A stretch of 64,000 nt of DNA from a virus, in the IMG/VR virus record IMGVR_UViG_3300024348_000017, positions 1-64,000 of that record; one strand, given 5' to 3'. Below, one piece after another: positions 20,511 to 28,777 of the stretch. Numbering within the stretch: position 1 is the first letter of the stretch; the number at the start of each line of letters is the position of its first letter. The translations under genes were made by a program, and so were the position numbers. The notes under the pieces were generated by a model. The model searched no databases. It worked only from the letters and a program-made list of their open reading frames with translations, and was not told the origin of the DNA.

Positions 20511-21305
20511 TTACATTTTAATGTACCCATGTTCGTAGAACTCATTAAATAATCTTAAACGAATAACGTCTAACTTCTTAATTATCTTAGTAATTTGAGG
20601 TGTGTCGACATCTGTTATCTCACGTATGTAAATGTATAATGCTTTCTTATTGAATATTTCTAAATTCTCACGTTTGCGGAATAATTCAACAATTGCATCC
20701 GCTGTTTTAGCGTCTTGTTGTTTAGGAAATATTGTATAGATATGCTTATCAACATAAGCAACGAATTGATCTAAGAACATATTAAGCTCATTCTTCTCCT
20801 CATCTAAGCCTATGTTATTGTCTACGAAGATATCGTTTTCGTCGTTTACTTCGTCCATATTGACCTTTTCTTGTAGTTTTTTATAGTTGTTCGCATTATA
20901 AACTATCAAGTAACGTTTAGCAATTGTGCCGAAATATGAATATGCTTTACCTTTTTCTTTTCTATATAAATGAAGTTTCTCAAGGAGAAACGCTACTACT
21001 TCATGTTTTAATTCTTCAATTGTGTCTGTATCTGTATAGTAGAATTTAAATGTATGGATGATGTTTTCTGCTAATTTGTAAAAACCATATGCAATTCTTT
21101 CATTATATATTCTATTACGTTGATCTTGGTTAGTAAGTAAAAGATATTCAACAATAGCATCTTCTGTATCTTCTGTAAAATATATTCGTGGTTGCTTCGG
21201 TTTGCGTTTACGAACACGACCTTTTTTAGTTAAGGAGGGTCCTAACTCTTCCTCTAAGTATTTAGCAGCATCAAAAGTACCACCATCATAATATCCGTTA
21301 TACAT
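20511..21305 (-). CDS. late-transcription sigma factor (T4 gp55-like)
   Basis: YF...AIVEY, FYKLAENIIHTFKF, KAYSYFGTIAKRYLI correspond to the gp55 region-2 core (FAYFT.IA). Confidence 0.7.
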   Translation of the reverse strand: MYNGYYDGGTFDAAKYLEEELGPSLTKKGRVRKRKPKQPRIYFTEDTEDAIVEYLLLTNQDQRNRIYNERIAYGFYKLAENIIHTFKFYYTDTDTIEELKHEVVAFLLEKLHLYRKEKGKAYSYFGTIAKRYLIVYNANNYKKLQEKVNMDEVNDENDIFVDNNIGLDEEKNELNMFLDQFVAYVDKHIYTIFPKQQDAKTADAIVELFRKRENLEIFNKKALYIYIREITDVDTPQITKIIKKLDVIRLRLFNEFYEHGYIKM

Positions 21306-21585
21306 TATTTTCTATCTTTTTATCTAAATTATTCAATAAAGTATCTCTCATATTTTTTATTTGTTCAAAGAAAGTACCTATTTCATCATCACTCTCAAAT
21401 GCACCTGATGAGTCTAGTTGTGTTATAACTTCATCAATTTTAATTACGCTTGATGTAAGTGTAGATATTAATTCGCTTTGTTCGCCGGTTATGTCTTCTA
21501 ATTTTTCTACTTTTTTAAGAAGATTCCAAATAACGTATCCTGAAGTTAGAATAATAATCGTTATTAGGGTTATAAATGTAATCAT
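21298..21585 (-). CDS. single-TM coiled-coil membrane protein
   Basis: N-terminal TM helix, then coiled coil, D..GAFESDDEIG.FF. Confidence 0.6.
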   Translation of the reverse strand: MITFITLITIIILTSGYVIWNLLKKVEKLEDITGEQSELISTLTSSVIKIDEVITQLDSSGAFESDDEIGTFFEQIKNMRDTLLNNLDKKIENNV

Positions 21586-21586
21586 A

Positions 21587-21808
21587 TTAAAGTCCTTTTA
21601 AAATGTTTTGTAAGTTATCTGCATTAGGGTTTTCCGATACAATTTTATTTTGTATGTCCCTTTTAGATTGTTTTTTAGGCTTAAGTGCAGGAGTTGAGTT
21701 TAAATGCACTTCAAACTCCTTACATAAAGTAAGAAGCTGAGTGCGGTGGGGATCAGTTACATTAGATTCAATGTAAGTTAATATTTCCTGCCAATTTTGG
21801 CTAAGCAT
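21587..21808 (-). CDS. small hypothetical protein (possible internally deleted HD-hydrolase relic)
   Basis: ORF track; see finding. Confidence 0.45.
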   Translation of the reverse strand: MLSQNWQEILTYIESNVTDPHRTQLLTLCKEFEVHLNSTPALKPKKQSKRDIQNKIVSENPNADNLQNILKGL

Positions 21809-21809
21809 A

Positions 21810-21977
21810 TTAATCTTCGTTTTCTAATGAAACTTGGTAACGAATTTCTTCGATTTGCTCTTTTAATTGTTCGAAGTGACCATCTGTGATTTGTCCTTCT
21901 CTAGCAATTAAGTTTAAGTTGTTAATCATGATGTCTAACTGCTCAATTTTTTGTAGTAATAAGTCTTTGTATCTCAT
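21810..21977 (-). CDS. 55-aa coiled-coil hypothetical protein
   Basis: Hand translation MRYKDLLLQKIEQLD...QVSLENED; early-type promoter at about 21998-22028. Confidence 0.6.
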   Translation of the reverse strand: MRYKDLLLQKIEQLDIMINNLNLIAREGQITDGHFEQLKEQIEEIRYQVSLENED

Positions 21978-22025
21978 TTTATTTTGTTATTTACTTACAA
22001 TATACGACCGGAAAATGACAGAGCC

Positions 22026-22058
22026 AAAGAAAGAGCGACCTGTTTTCACAAGTCGCTC
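22026..22058 (-). terminator. intrinsic terminator
   Basis: GAGCGACTTGT-GAAA-ACAGGTCGCTC followed by TTTCTTT. Confidence 0.75.
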
Positions 22059-22078
22059 AATTATATTTATTTAGTTAA

Positions 22079-22879
22079 TTAAATCTTAACGTCAGGTGTA
22101 TTAGCACCATCTCCACCACCTGTAGATCTATCCATAGCCACTCTCATAGCTTGACCTGCTAATTTATTTAATGTTTTCTCATCAGGTAATTCTTTACCAG
22201 CAGCTTTAAATTTAGCGATTAATTCTTTCTTCATAGAAGCTGTACCAGCCTTAACAATTCCAAAAGCTAAACCAGCCATTCCAGCCATTAATCCGATTGG
22301 TTCTAAAATAGAAGGATCAAAAGCTTCATCAGTATTTTCTTCTAAATTCTTAGAAGGATCAGCTTTGCCAATTGCACCGCTTACGCCTTGTAATTTCTTG
22401 AATAATTCTGGGTTTTTAGCTTTTAACATATCTTGTGCTTTCATGATAGCAGCGCTACCTAAACCTAAACCAGCTACACCAGAAAGGATACCTAAGATAT
22501 CAACAATTGGAGATTCTTCTAATACTTCTTCGTTTTCGTCTAATTTGTCTTTTTTATCTTCGTCTTTAACTTTCTTTTTTTCAGCTAAAACAGCTTGTAA
22601 TTCTTGACGAACCATTTCTTTTAATTGGTCCTTAGTCATTTTTTTCTTTTTAGTTTCCATTTCGCTTATTATGTTTATTGCGGGTGATTGGTTTATAATA
22701 TTATTTATTTGTTGTTCGTGTTCGGAATCAGTAACAGTTAGTTCAAACCAACTAATAACATTTCCGTCTTGAAGTTTTGTTTTGTTCTTTAAATCGTTAG
22801 AACTAACATTGATCTTCAACTTTTCTAAGCGGTTTAAGAATGCTGCTTTATCTTCAGATTTAATTTTGTATACTGTCAT
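22079..22879 (-). CDS. late protein with two Gly-rich hydrophobic segments (possible internal/ejected protein)
   Basis: Start moved to ATG 22879 (MTVYKIK), directly downstream of ATATTTAT at 22888-22895. Confidence 0.55.
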   Translation of the reverse strand: MTVYKIKSEDKAAFLNRLEKLKINVSSNDLKNKTKLQDGNVISWFELTVTDSEHEQQINNIINQSPAINIISEMETKKKKMTKDQLKEMVRQELQAVLAEKKKVKDEDKKDKLDENEEVLEESPIVDILGILSGVAGLGLGSAAIMKAQDMLKAKNPELFKKLQGVSGAIGKADPSKNLEENTDEAFDPSILEPIGLMAGMAGLAFGIVKAGTASMKKELIAKFKAAGKELPDEKTLNKLAGQAMRVAMDRSTGGGDGANTPDVKI

Positions 22880-22978
22880 TTCTATCAATAAATATGAATA
22901 AGTTAAACAAGACGTAGCTCCCACTCGTTAAGCTTGTGGACCCTACTCTAATACACCTATCCGTATATACAATAAATA

Positions 22979-23161
22979 TTAATAGAACTTAGAAGCAAAG
23001 TGAAATGATAAGCGATAATGGGCATAGAAACTAACCGCAGCTAAACCCAATACCTCAAATATAGAGGAAACATTAGATGCTAATTGATGATAAGTTAAAT
23101 AAATCAGAACATGACCTAACATCCAAGTAAATGCGATAAGAGAAAGTTGTTTACTATTCAT
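22979..23161 (-). CDS. small 2-TM membrane protein
   Basis: Two hydrophobic stretches; coupled to the upstream gene. Confidence 0.5.
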   Translation of the reverse strand: MNSKQLSLIAFTWMLGHVLIYLTYHQLASNVSSIFEVLGLAAVSFYAHYRLSFHFASKFY

Positions 23162-23651
23162 TTGTATAAGTTTGTGATTGATATTTAGAGCCTAATTTTT
23201 CAATAATTTTTCGTGCATCATCCGACGACATATGGAAACCCTCCCGTTTCTTGTTGATCCGTGCGCCTAATTTCTCGAGTTCATTATGAACTTCGCTTTC
23301 CAACATACGGCCGTTAGGGCACTTATATGCAAACACGGGATACCACGGCGTAATAACACCAGTAGCTAAATTAATTTGGCGCACTCGATCATAAACTGTT
23401 GTGGTAGTATAACCAATTTTGCATATACCCGGCATAGATGGATTACAAAGTACATAAACATAATGTGGGTTTTGCGGTGTATTGGTAGAATCCACCCAAG
23501 CAGCGCCATAATATGTAATATCCTCCCAACCACTATCCCCCTTAACGGGAGTAAGTGTATATGCGATAGCGTTTTTCATATTATATTTAAAATCAAATTC
23601 GCTATTAAGTTGGCGATATTGTTTTGCCTCGTCGTGTGTTAAGCGTATCAT
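23154..23651 (-). CDS. T5orf172-type GIY-YIG domain protein
   Basis: YVYVLCNPSMPG.CKIGYTT..V.DR..Q...TGV..P, LE.EVH..L...R....REGF. Confidence 0.85.
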   Translation of the reverse strand: MIRLTHDEAKQYRQLNSEFDFKYNMKNAIAYTLTPVKGDSGWEDITYYGAAWVDSTNTPQNPHYVYVLCNPSMPGICKIGYTTTTVYDRVRQINLATGVITPWYPVFAYKCPNGRMLESEVHNELEKLGARINKKREGFHMSSDDARKIIEKLGSKYQSQTYTNE

Positions 23652-24301
23652 TAATCAATAATTAATTTTAATGAATCAATTTTCTCCGTACGTTCGGGAT
23701 AAGTAATTGAATAATTACCACATTCCCAATATGTTTTTATGTATATCTTAATAGTATCACCCCGATATTGCGCTGGAATCGGACCAATTAATTGTTTCGT
23801 CCACATATTGTTTCCACTTGGCTTATATTCATCCATACGAGCATCATACTTTTTAAAGTAAGTGCTGGAAGTACTTATTAGTGGTACAATAGTATTGCGA
23901 TACTGCGACAAAGTAACGGTTTTTGTACCAACAGATAATGGAGTTGTGAAATAGGGTGAAGAATATAATGAACTAAATGGATTATATAATGGTATAGTGA
24001 CGGTGAGCGTATCAAACACCCAGTAAGTATCGGTGTCGAACGAACTCTCAACGACGGAAACTCCGTTATATAGATAACGTTCATTAGTAATCGGCGTAGC
24101 TTCGGCGTAAACGGCGGTATAATTGAATGACTTGGTATTATCGAACTTATAGTGATAAAAACCACGGGCGTCTTTTTGAGTACCCATTGTAATTGATACT
24201 TGGCCTTCATTGCTATTCGCGAATGGACTTGGGTATTGTAACTCTTTACTACAACCAAATAATATTAATACTGAAAATAATGTGATAAATTGTTTAATCA
24301 T
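23651..24301 (-). CDS. lipoprotein, unknown function
   Basis: Start moved to MIKQFITLFSVLILFG-C (lipobox); early-type promoter at about 24318-24350. Confidence 0.65.
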   Translation of the reverse strand: MIKQFITLFSVLILFGCSKELQYPSPFANSNEGQVSITMGTQKDARGFYHYKFDNTKSFNYTAVYAEATPITNERYLYNGVSVVESSFDTDTYWVFDTLTVTIPLYNPFSSLYSSPYFTTPLSVGTKTVTLSQYRNTIVPLISTSSTYFKKYDARMDEYKPSGNNMWTKQLIGPIPAQYRGDTIKIYIKTYWECGNYSITYPERTEKIDSLKLIID

Positions 24302-24587
24302 AACTTTTTGTTTGATATGAATATAACGTATATACTTTGCCACTTGAAACTCGTTTTGTTCAAGATCTATTTTTGGGATTGTGTAAATGTGGGACAAATG
24401 GGTATATTCGGAAATGGTATATGCGTATATACCCCATCGATGGTTGTTTGTGGTGTTTTTGTTGCGAATACCCATAGTTTTTTTACAATGACCGTGGCCC
24501 GTCGATTGACCGCAATTACCGTGGGAGCACTCCGCTATTGTATCGCTATCGCCCCGCTATCGACTACGAAACCTTTTTCGGTCACGC

Positions 24588-24654
24588 GCCCGATGCCCGT
24601 TTGCCCGCGTGCCCAGACGCCCGGATGCCCAGACGCCCAGACGCCCGTGCGCCC
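24588..24654. repeat. nine GGGC-containing octamer repeats (GC-rich, non-coding)
   Basis: GCCC on + at 24588, 24595, 24603, 24611, 24619, 24627, 24635, 24643, 24651. Confidence 0.85.
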
Positions 24655-24655
24655 A

Positions 24656-24838
24656 CTAGAATGTGGATGGCTTACCAACACGCGTACCGCGCTTGAGTTT
24701 AACATTGCGTTGCGGTTTAAATTCAATCACCACACAACCGAGCATTAGAGCGTATTCGTTATCCGCTTTAGCTATACCCACCATTATACCCTTAATTAAA
24801 TGAATGTCTATGTACTTACTACTTAATAATGTTTTCAT
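24656..24838 (-). CDS. small hypothetical protein
   Basis: ORF track; AT-rich leader. Confidence 0.5.
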   Translation of the reverse strand: MKTLLSSKYIDIHLIKGIMVGIAKADNEYALMLGCVVIEFKPQRNVKLKRGTRVGKPSTF

Positions 24839-24858
24839 ATTATTTATTTATTGGTTTA

Positions 24859-25032
24859 TTAATTAAAGTTGATATTGGGTATGTCTTTTAAATCTGGATC
24901 AGTATCAGTAACCCCGAGCTCATCTAATATCGCTTGTGCTTCTTGTTTACTTACCCATCCATCACCATCTACATCGATTATGTTTCCTACATAATACATG
25001 TCATTCATGTTCATTAATTCGTTTACGTTCAT
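24859..25032 (-). CDS. 57-aa acidic protein with one EF-hand-like loop
   Basis: Hand translation; contains DVDGDGWVSKQE. Confidence 0.55.
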   Translation of the reverse strand: MNVNELMNMNDMYYVGNIIDVDGDGWVSKQEAQAILDELGVTDTDPDLKDIPNINFN

Positions 25033-25341
25033 ATTTTATTATTTAATTGTGTTATCAATATATTACCTGCGTCTTGACTAGCCACGGGTATCATTCTATT
25101 ATTACCTAATACATACCATCCATCATAACGTTCTTCCAAACGTAATGGACCACTTAAATCGAATGACTCGCCGTCTGTAAATGTTAATTTGCTCATGTGT
25201 TTAATTTAATTTATCGTCTATTATTATTACTACTAATGCTATTATGAATGTTATTAATGTTGCTAATGCTAATACACCTAATAATTTTAATATAATCATA
25301 TCATTTAATTTTATACCGTGAATATACGTGTTGTGTTTTGC

Positions 25342-25539
25342 CTATTTAGTCTTACCATCCATTAATTTAATTACTATAAACGGGGTAAATAGTATAAACG
25401 CAGCTAACGTCCATCCAATCCATTGTGGCCCTGAACCCACTGATTCGTTTACCTGGTCATTCATCTGTGGCTCACCCATCATTATTATTATTAATAACAT
25501 CCAAGTGAATAGTAATACTAGTGCAATTATTTGTTTCAT
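25342..25539 (-). CDS. small 2-TM membrane protein
   Basis: Two TM segments; own early promoter. Confidence 0.6.
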   Translation of the reverse strand: MKQIIALVLLFTWMLLIIIMMGEPQMNDQVNESVGSGPQWIGWTLAAFILFTPFIVIKLMDGKTK

Positions 25540-25555
25540 GTGTTTTTATTTATAC

Positions 25556-25591
25556 CGTGAATATACGAGCGGGGCTATGCCCCGCCCCATC
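25556..25591 (-). promoter_or_regulatory. early (host sigma-type) promoter, GGGGCGGGGC variant
   Basis: ATGGGGCGGGGC...TCGTATATTCACG; near-copies at about 25908-25942 and 26234-26268. Confidence 0.65.
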
Positions 25592-25593
25592 TA

Positions 25594-25887
25594 TTATGCA
25601 ACTACTTTCTTACGTTTGTCTACATACTGAGCATTATAATGTTCAATTATCGGCTTCATGTGTGCATCGATCTTCTCACAGTCGGCTTTCGTCTCATCAC
25701 TAGCCCAATTGAACGTTACCGCTTCTTGATAGCTACGGTTCCATTCGATCGAATTATCTATCGATTCACCTGGTTTCTGGAACGTGATCGAGCCATGGAA
25801 CCCATCGTCCTCGATTATGTATCCTAACTCCTGAACGAATTCACATACTTTGTACGTGATTGCTCTAACGATTTCTTTCTTATTCAT
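25594..25887 (-). CDS. hypothetical early protein
   Basis: ORF with its own promoter. Confidence 0.65.
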   Translation of the reverse strand: MNKKEIVRAITYKVCEFVQELGYIIEDDGFHGSITFQKPGESIDNSIEWNRSYQEAVTFNWASDETKADCEKIDAHMKPIIEHYNAQYVDKRKKVVA

Positions 25888-25942
25888 ACTTTTAATTTTT
25901 ATTACGTCGTAAATATACGAACGGGACTCCGCCCCGCCCCAT

Positions 25943-26221
25943 CTAGCTATTATATTTAGCTAGACAGGTAGGACATCCTATGTGATCGACACCTTCCATC
26001 TTCACCCAGTTACTGGATAGCATCGGACGACCACACATGGTACTGTATTCACCCGATTGAGCGATGTGTGCAGTGTCACTCCAGACATCACCTCGTCCCC
26101 CGAATGCATAATGCTGTGGTCTTAGATCACTGATCTTTAAACGGTTATTTACTGCAGCAGCTGCTTCGATCACATCTACTTGTCTTTCCATTTCTCTAAC
26201 TTGTTTAGTTAACATACTCAT
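25943..26221 (-). CDS. small Cys/His (Zn-binding-like) early protein
   Basis: H...MCG...GCPTC; start moved to 26221, downstream of the promoter. Confidence 0.6.
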   Translation of the reverse strand: MSMLTKQVREMERQVDVIEAAAAVNNRLKISDLRPQHYAFGGRGDVWSDTAHIAQSGEYSTMCGRPMLSSNWVKMEGVDHIGCPTCLAKYNS

Positions 26222-26368
26222 TAATTTTATACCATCAATGTACGACCGTAACCCTGCCCTGCCCCATTTCATTTAATTATTTTAAATACATTTTAGTGGT
26301 GGGTGGGGAAGTCTGTGAGCAGAAGGGACGTACGTCCCAGAAACGCTAGTGAGCCACACACAGCGAAA

Positions 26369-26390
26369 GAGCCGGGTAGAAACCCAGCTC
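26369..26390 (-). terminator. intrinsic terminator-like hairpin
   Basis: GAGCTGGGT-TTCT-ACCCGGCTC-TTT. Confidence 0.55.
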
Positions 26391-26454
26391 AATCTAACCA
26401 TTAAAAATTAAAAGTATGAACCTTCTTTGGGTGTAATGGATCACCCGTAATTAT

Positions 26455-26697
26455 TTATGCTTCAGCTATCGGTGTATTTCCGCTCAGTGCAGATGCGATC
26501 ATAGCATCACTGGCTTCCTCACCCTCACTGGCTCTCATTTCCAGAGCCATCAGGGCCATCACGATCACTTCCTTAATATCTTTATTATCGTTCATCACGT
26601 TCGCGAATAAATTCATCAATTCACCTCCCGAACCTTCACACTCAACTGCAATTTGATCTTCTTCTGTCATTCGTACGTTAAAAAATGGTAAGCTCAT
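26455..26697 (-). CDS. hypothetical acidic early protein
   Basis: ORF; promoter TTTGG..N..CATATATTGA at about 26736-26767. Confidence 0.6.
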   Translation of the reverse strand: MSLPFFNVRMTEEDQIAVECEGSGGELMNLFANVMNDNKDIKEVIVMALMALEMRASEGEEASDAMIASALSGNTPIAEA

Positions 26698-26773
26698 AAC
26701 TTAAAATTTAAATGTTTATTTAATTATTTATAGGGTCAATATATGACCTTTTACTCTGAATTCCAAATCCACT

Positions 26774-26989
26774 TTACAAGTAAACTGATTGTTTTACCCC
26801 ATGGAGTGAACTCACCCTCAACTCACGGTACCAGCTGAATTCGTCTGGTTGCGTCTGGGGCTCCACTGTGCGCACTGGTTGCTTCACACCGTACTCCAGA
26901 TTGATTGTTTCACCCTCGACTCTAACGCCGAACAAAAAAATCGTAACCCACTGTAATAAATTGAACGTGTATCCGAATAACTTAATCAT
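26774..26989 (-). CDS. small hypothetical protein
   Basis: ORF track. Confidence 0.5.
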   Translation of the reverse strand: MIKLFGYTFNLLQWVTIFLFGVRVEGETINLEYGVKQPVRTVEPQTQPDEFSWYRELRVSSLHGVKQSVYL

Positions 26990-27061
26990 AATTATTAATT
27001 TAATGGTTGTGTGAAAAAAAAATGAACGGCGGTGGATGGATCACACCCACCGCGTCCAGAA

Positions 27062-27307
27062 TTACGCTGTAACCGCTTCTGGTTTCACCTTCTTAGGTGC
27101 ACCACGCTTGATCACTTCACCGGCTGCAATTTTAGATGCACGATCGGCTAATTTCTTCTGGCGTGCTGATTCACCAGACGCTGGACGTCCCCTACCAATT
27201 GATCCACCCGCTGCTGCGCGTGCTGCTCTAGCTGCTAAACGTGCTTGACGTGCTGATGTTCCTACTACTGGACGACCTCTTTGTGTTGATTTGTTTTCTG
27301 TTGACAT
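27062..27307 (-). CDS. basic Ala/Arg-rich AT-hook protein
   Basis: RGRP twice plus KRGAP; followed by hairpin 27029-27053 and a T-run. Confidence 0.7.
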   Translation of the reverse strand: MSTENKSTQRGRPVVGTSARQARLAARAARAAAGGSIGRGRPASGESARQKKLADRASKIAAGEVIKRGAPKKVKPEAVTA

Positions 27308-27373
27308 AACCTGTTTTTTTTTATTATTTAATTTTATATTATAAATGTCTGGACAAAACGTTGCCCAAACAAC

Positions 27374-27580
27374 TTATTTAACGAATACCTTTTGCATTGT
27401 ATCTAAACCATAACTTACTCCGGCGTGAAAAATTTCCATTACATCTAACGCACCATCAACCTCAACGGATATCTTTACCTGTCCCGTTTCGTCTGGTTCA
27501 TTTAATACTACTATTTTATCACCCATATTTTTCTGTAGGTAAGATAAACGCTCTACTTGTGTGAAAATTTCTACTTTCAT
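27374..27580 (-). CDS. hypothetical early protein
   Basis: ORF with promoter at about 27607-27640. Confidence 0.6.
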   Translation of the reverse strand: MKVEIFTQVERLSYLQKNMGDKIVVLNEPDETGQVKISVEVDGALDVMEIFHAGVSYGLDTMQKVFVK

Positions 27581-27640
27581 AACTTTTATTTTAATTTATT
27601 ATACCATCAATGTACGAAAAAAACTCCGACCGAACAAAAC

Positions 27641-28291
27641 CTATCGTCGAGTACTTTTCGGACGCCCACGTTTACCTCCAGTACGCACCTTAGTGGCTGC
27701 CTTCTGGCCGACCCTCTGGGTGATCACCGCTTGAGTAAGCGCTGGGCGTCCCCTTTTACCCGCGGGCTTCTTTTCTGCGGATACCACCCGTACAACAGTA
27801 CTAGCTGGTCTACCACGTTTCCCACCACTGCGCGTTGATCGTTCTATCTTAGCCGTGTCACGAGCTAATTTAACCGCTGGGTCCAGAGCTGGACGTCCCC
27901 TGCGTCCACCCTCAACTTTCACCTTCACCTTATCGCCGCGTAAAACAGCACGTTCAGCAGCTGCCGCCTCACGCTCCTCACGGCGCGTCATTAGGTCCAG
28001 TGTTGCTTGGTGCTTAATGAGTGCTGGATGCACAATCACCTGATCAATATCATAGTGTCGTACACCACCTCCATTATCGCGTACCTCAAAACCACCGTTT
28101 GGATAAAACCGAGCACCAGGCTCGTGTTGCTTTATTAATGTAAACGTCTCACCCGATTCATAAAAAAACGGGGCTGGGAGTACACGTTGTCCAGGACGGA
28201 AACGTAACAATTCGGGCTCCACATCCTCATACGCATTGTATGTGCCGAGCTTCGCTCCACCGACGATAAAATCTCTTTCTATTACTTTCAT
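27641..28291 (-). CDS. protein with N-terminal globular domain and four AT-hooks
   Basis: RRGRP and three KRGRP; start moved to MKVIERD at 28291. Confidence 0.7.
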   Translation of the reverse strand: MKVIERDFIVGGAKLGTYNAYEDVEPELLRFRPGQRVLPAPFFYESGETFTLIKQHEPGARFYPNGGFEVRDNGGGVRHYDIDQVIVHPALIKHQATLDLMTRREEREAAAAERAVLRGDKVKVKVEGGRRGRPALDPAVKLARDTAKIERSTRSGGKRGRPASTVVRVVSAEKKPAGKRGRPALTQAVITQRVGQKAATKVRTGGKRGRPKSTRR

Positions 28292-28307
28292 ATCTTTAAT
28301 TATTATA

Positions 28308-28475
28308 ACGTCAATATACGAACAAAACTCTGCCACAACAAAACACTATACACATACAAAAAAACAAATGAAATTGGGTGGAAGATACGACTCCACTTTG
28401 ACAAAACCAAACTTACTTTACGACAAAAAAGTTATAGACGCGGTGAAGGTACGACAAAATCTTGCCCACTCCAAA
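28308..28475 (-). promoter_or_regulatory. three tandem early promoters
   Basis: TTTG-N20-TAnnTT variants ending CGTATATTGA (28310), CGTATCTTC (28381) and CGTACCTTC (28445). Confidence 0.6.
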
Positions 28476-28765
28476 TTTAGTTGTGCGTCACAAAAGCGCA
28501 GTCGTGCGTCACAAAAATAGGGATGTGGGGGACAAAATGTTCATAAAGAAAAGTGTGGAGTGCGTGCAGAAAAAACAGGACGAAACCCAATCACCAACAC
28601 CCATTATCAACCAACTCGTCACATACTATAATACAACCGAACAAAATATTACGCTATTACAAAACAACGTTGATATATGTTGGACAAAAGTGGTACATGT
28701 TGCTACAAAAATTTAACTAATGTGTGACAAAAAAGCGCGTTATTTGCGCAGTAAACGCGCAAAAA
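28322..28765. repeat. non-coding region with 14 ACAAAA copies, many at 21-22 bp spacing, and a terminal inverted repeat
   Basis: ACAAAA at 28322, 28338, 28356, 28401, 28423, 28454, 28490, 28511, 28532, 28641, 28659, 28684, 28705, 28727; GCGCGTT...AACGCGC at about 28735-28760. Confidence 0.7.
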
Positions 28766-28777
28766 AACGCATGTAAT

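Noticed and set aside
24588-28765. CRISPR array or mini-array
   Set aside because: The repeats are only 4-13 nt with no 25-40 nt repeat/spacer alternation. The Cas4-like nuclease at 1-673 is a stand-alone replication-module exonuclease.
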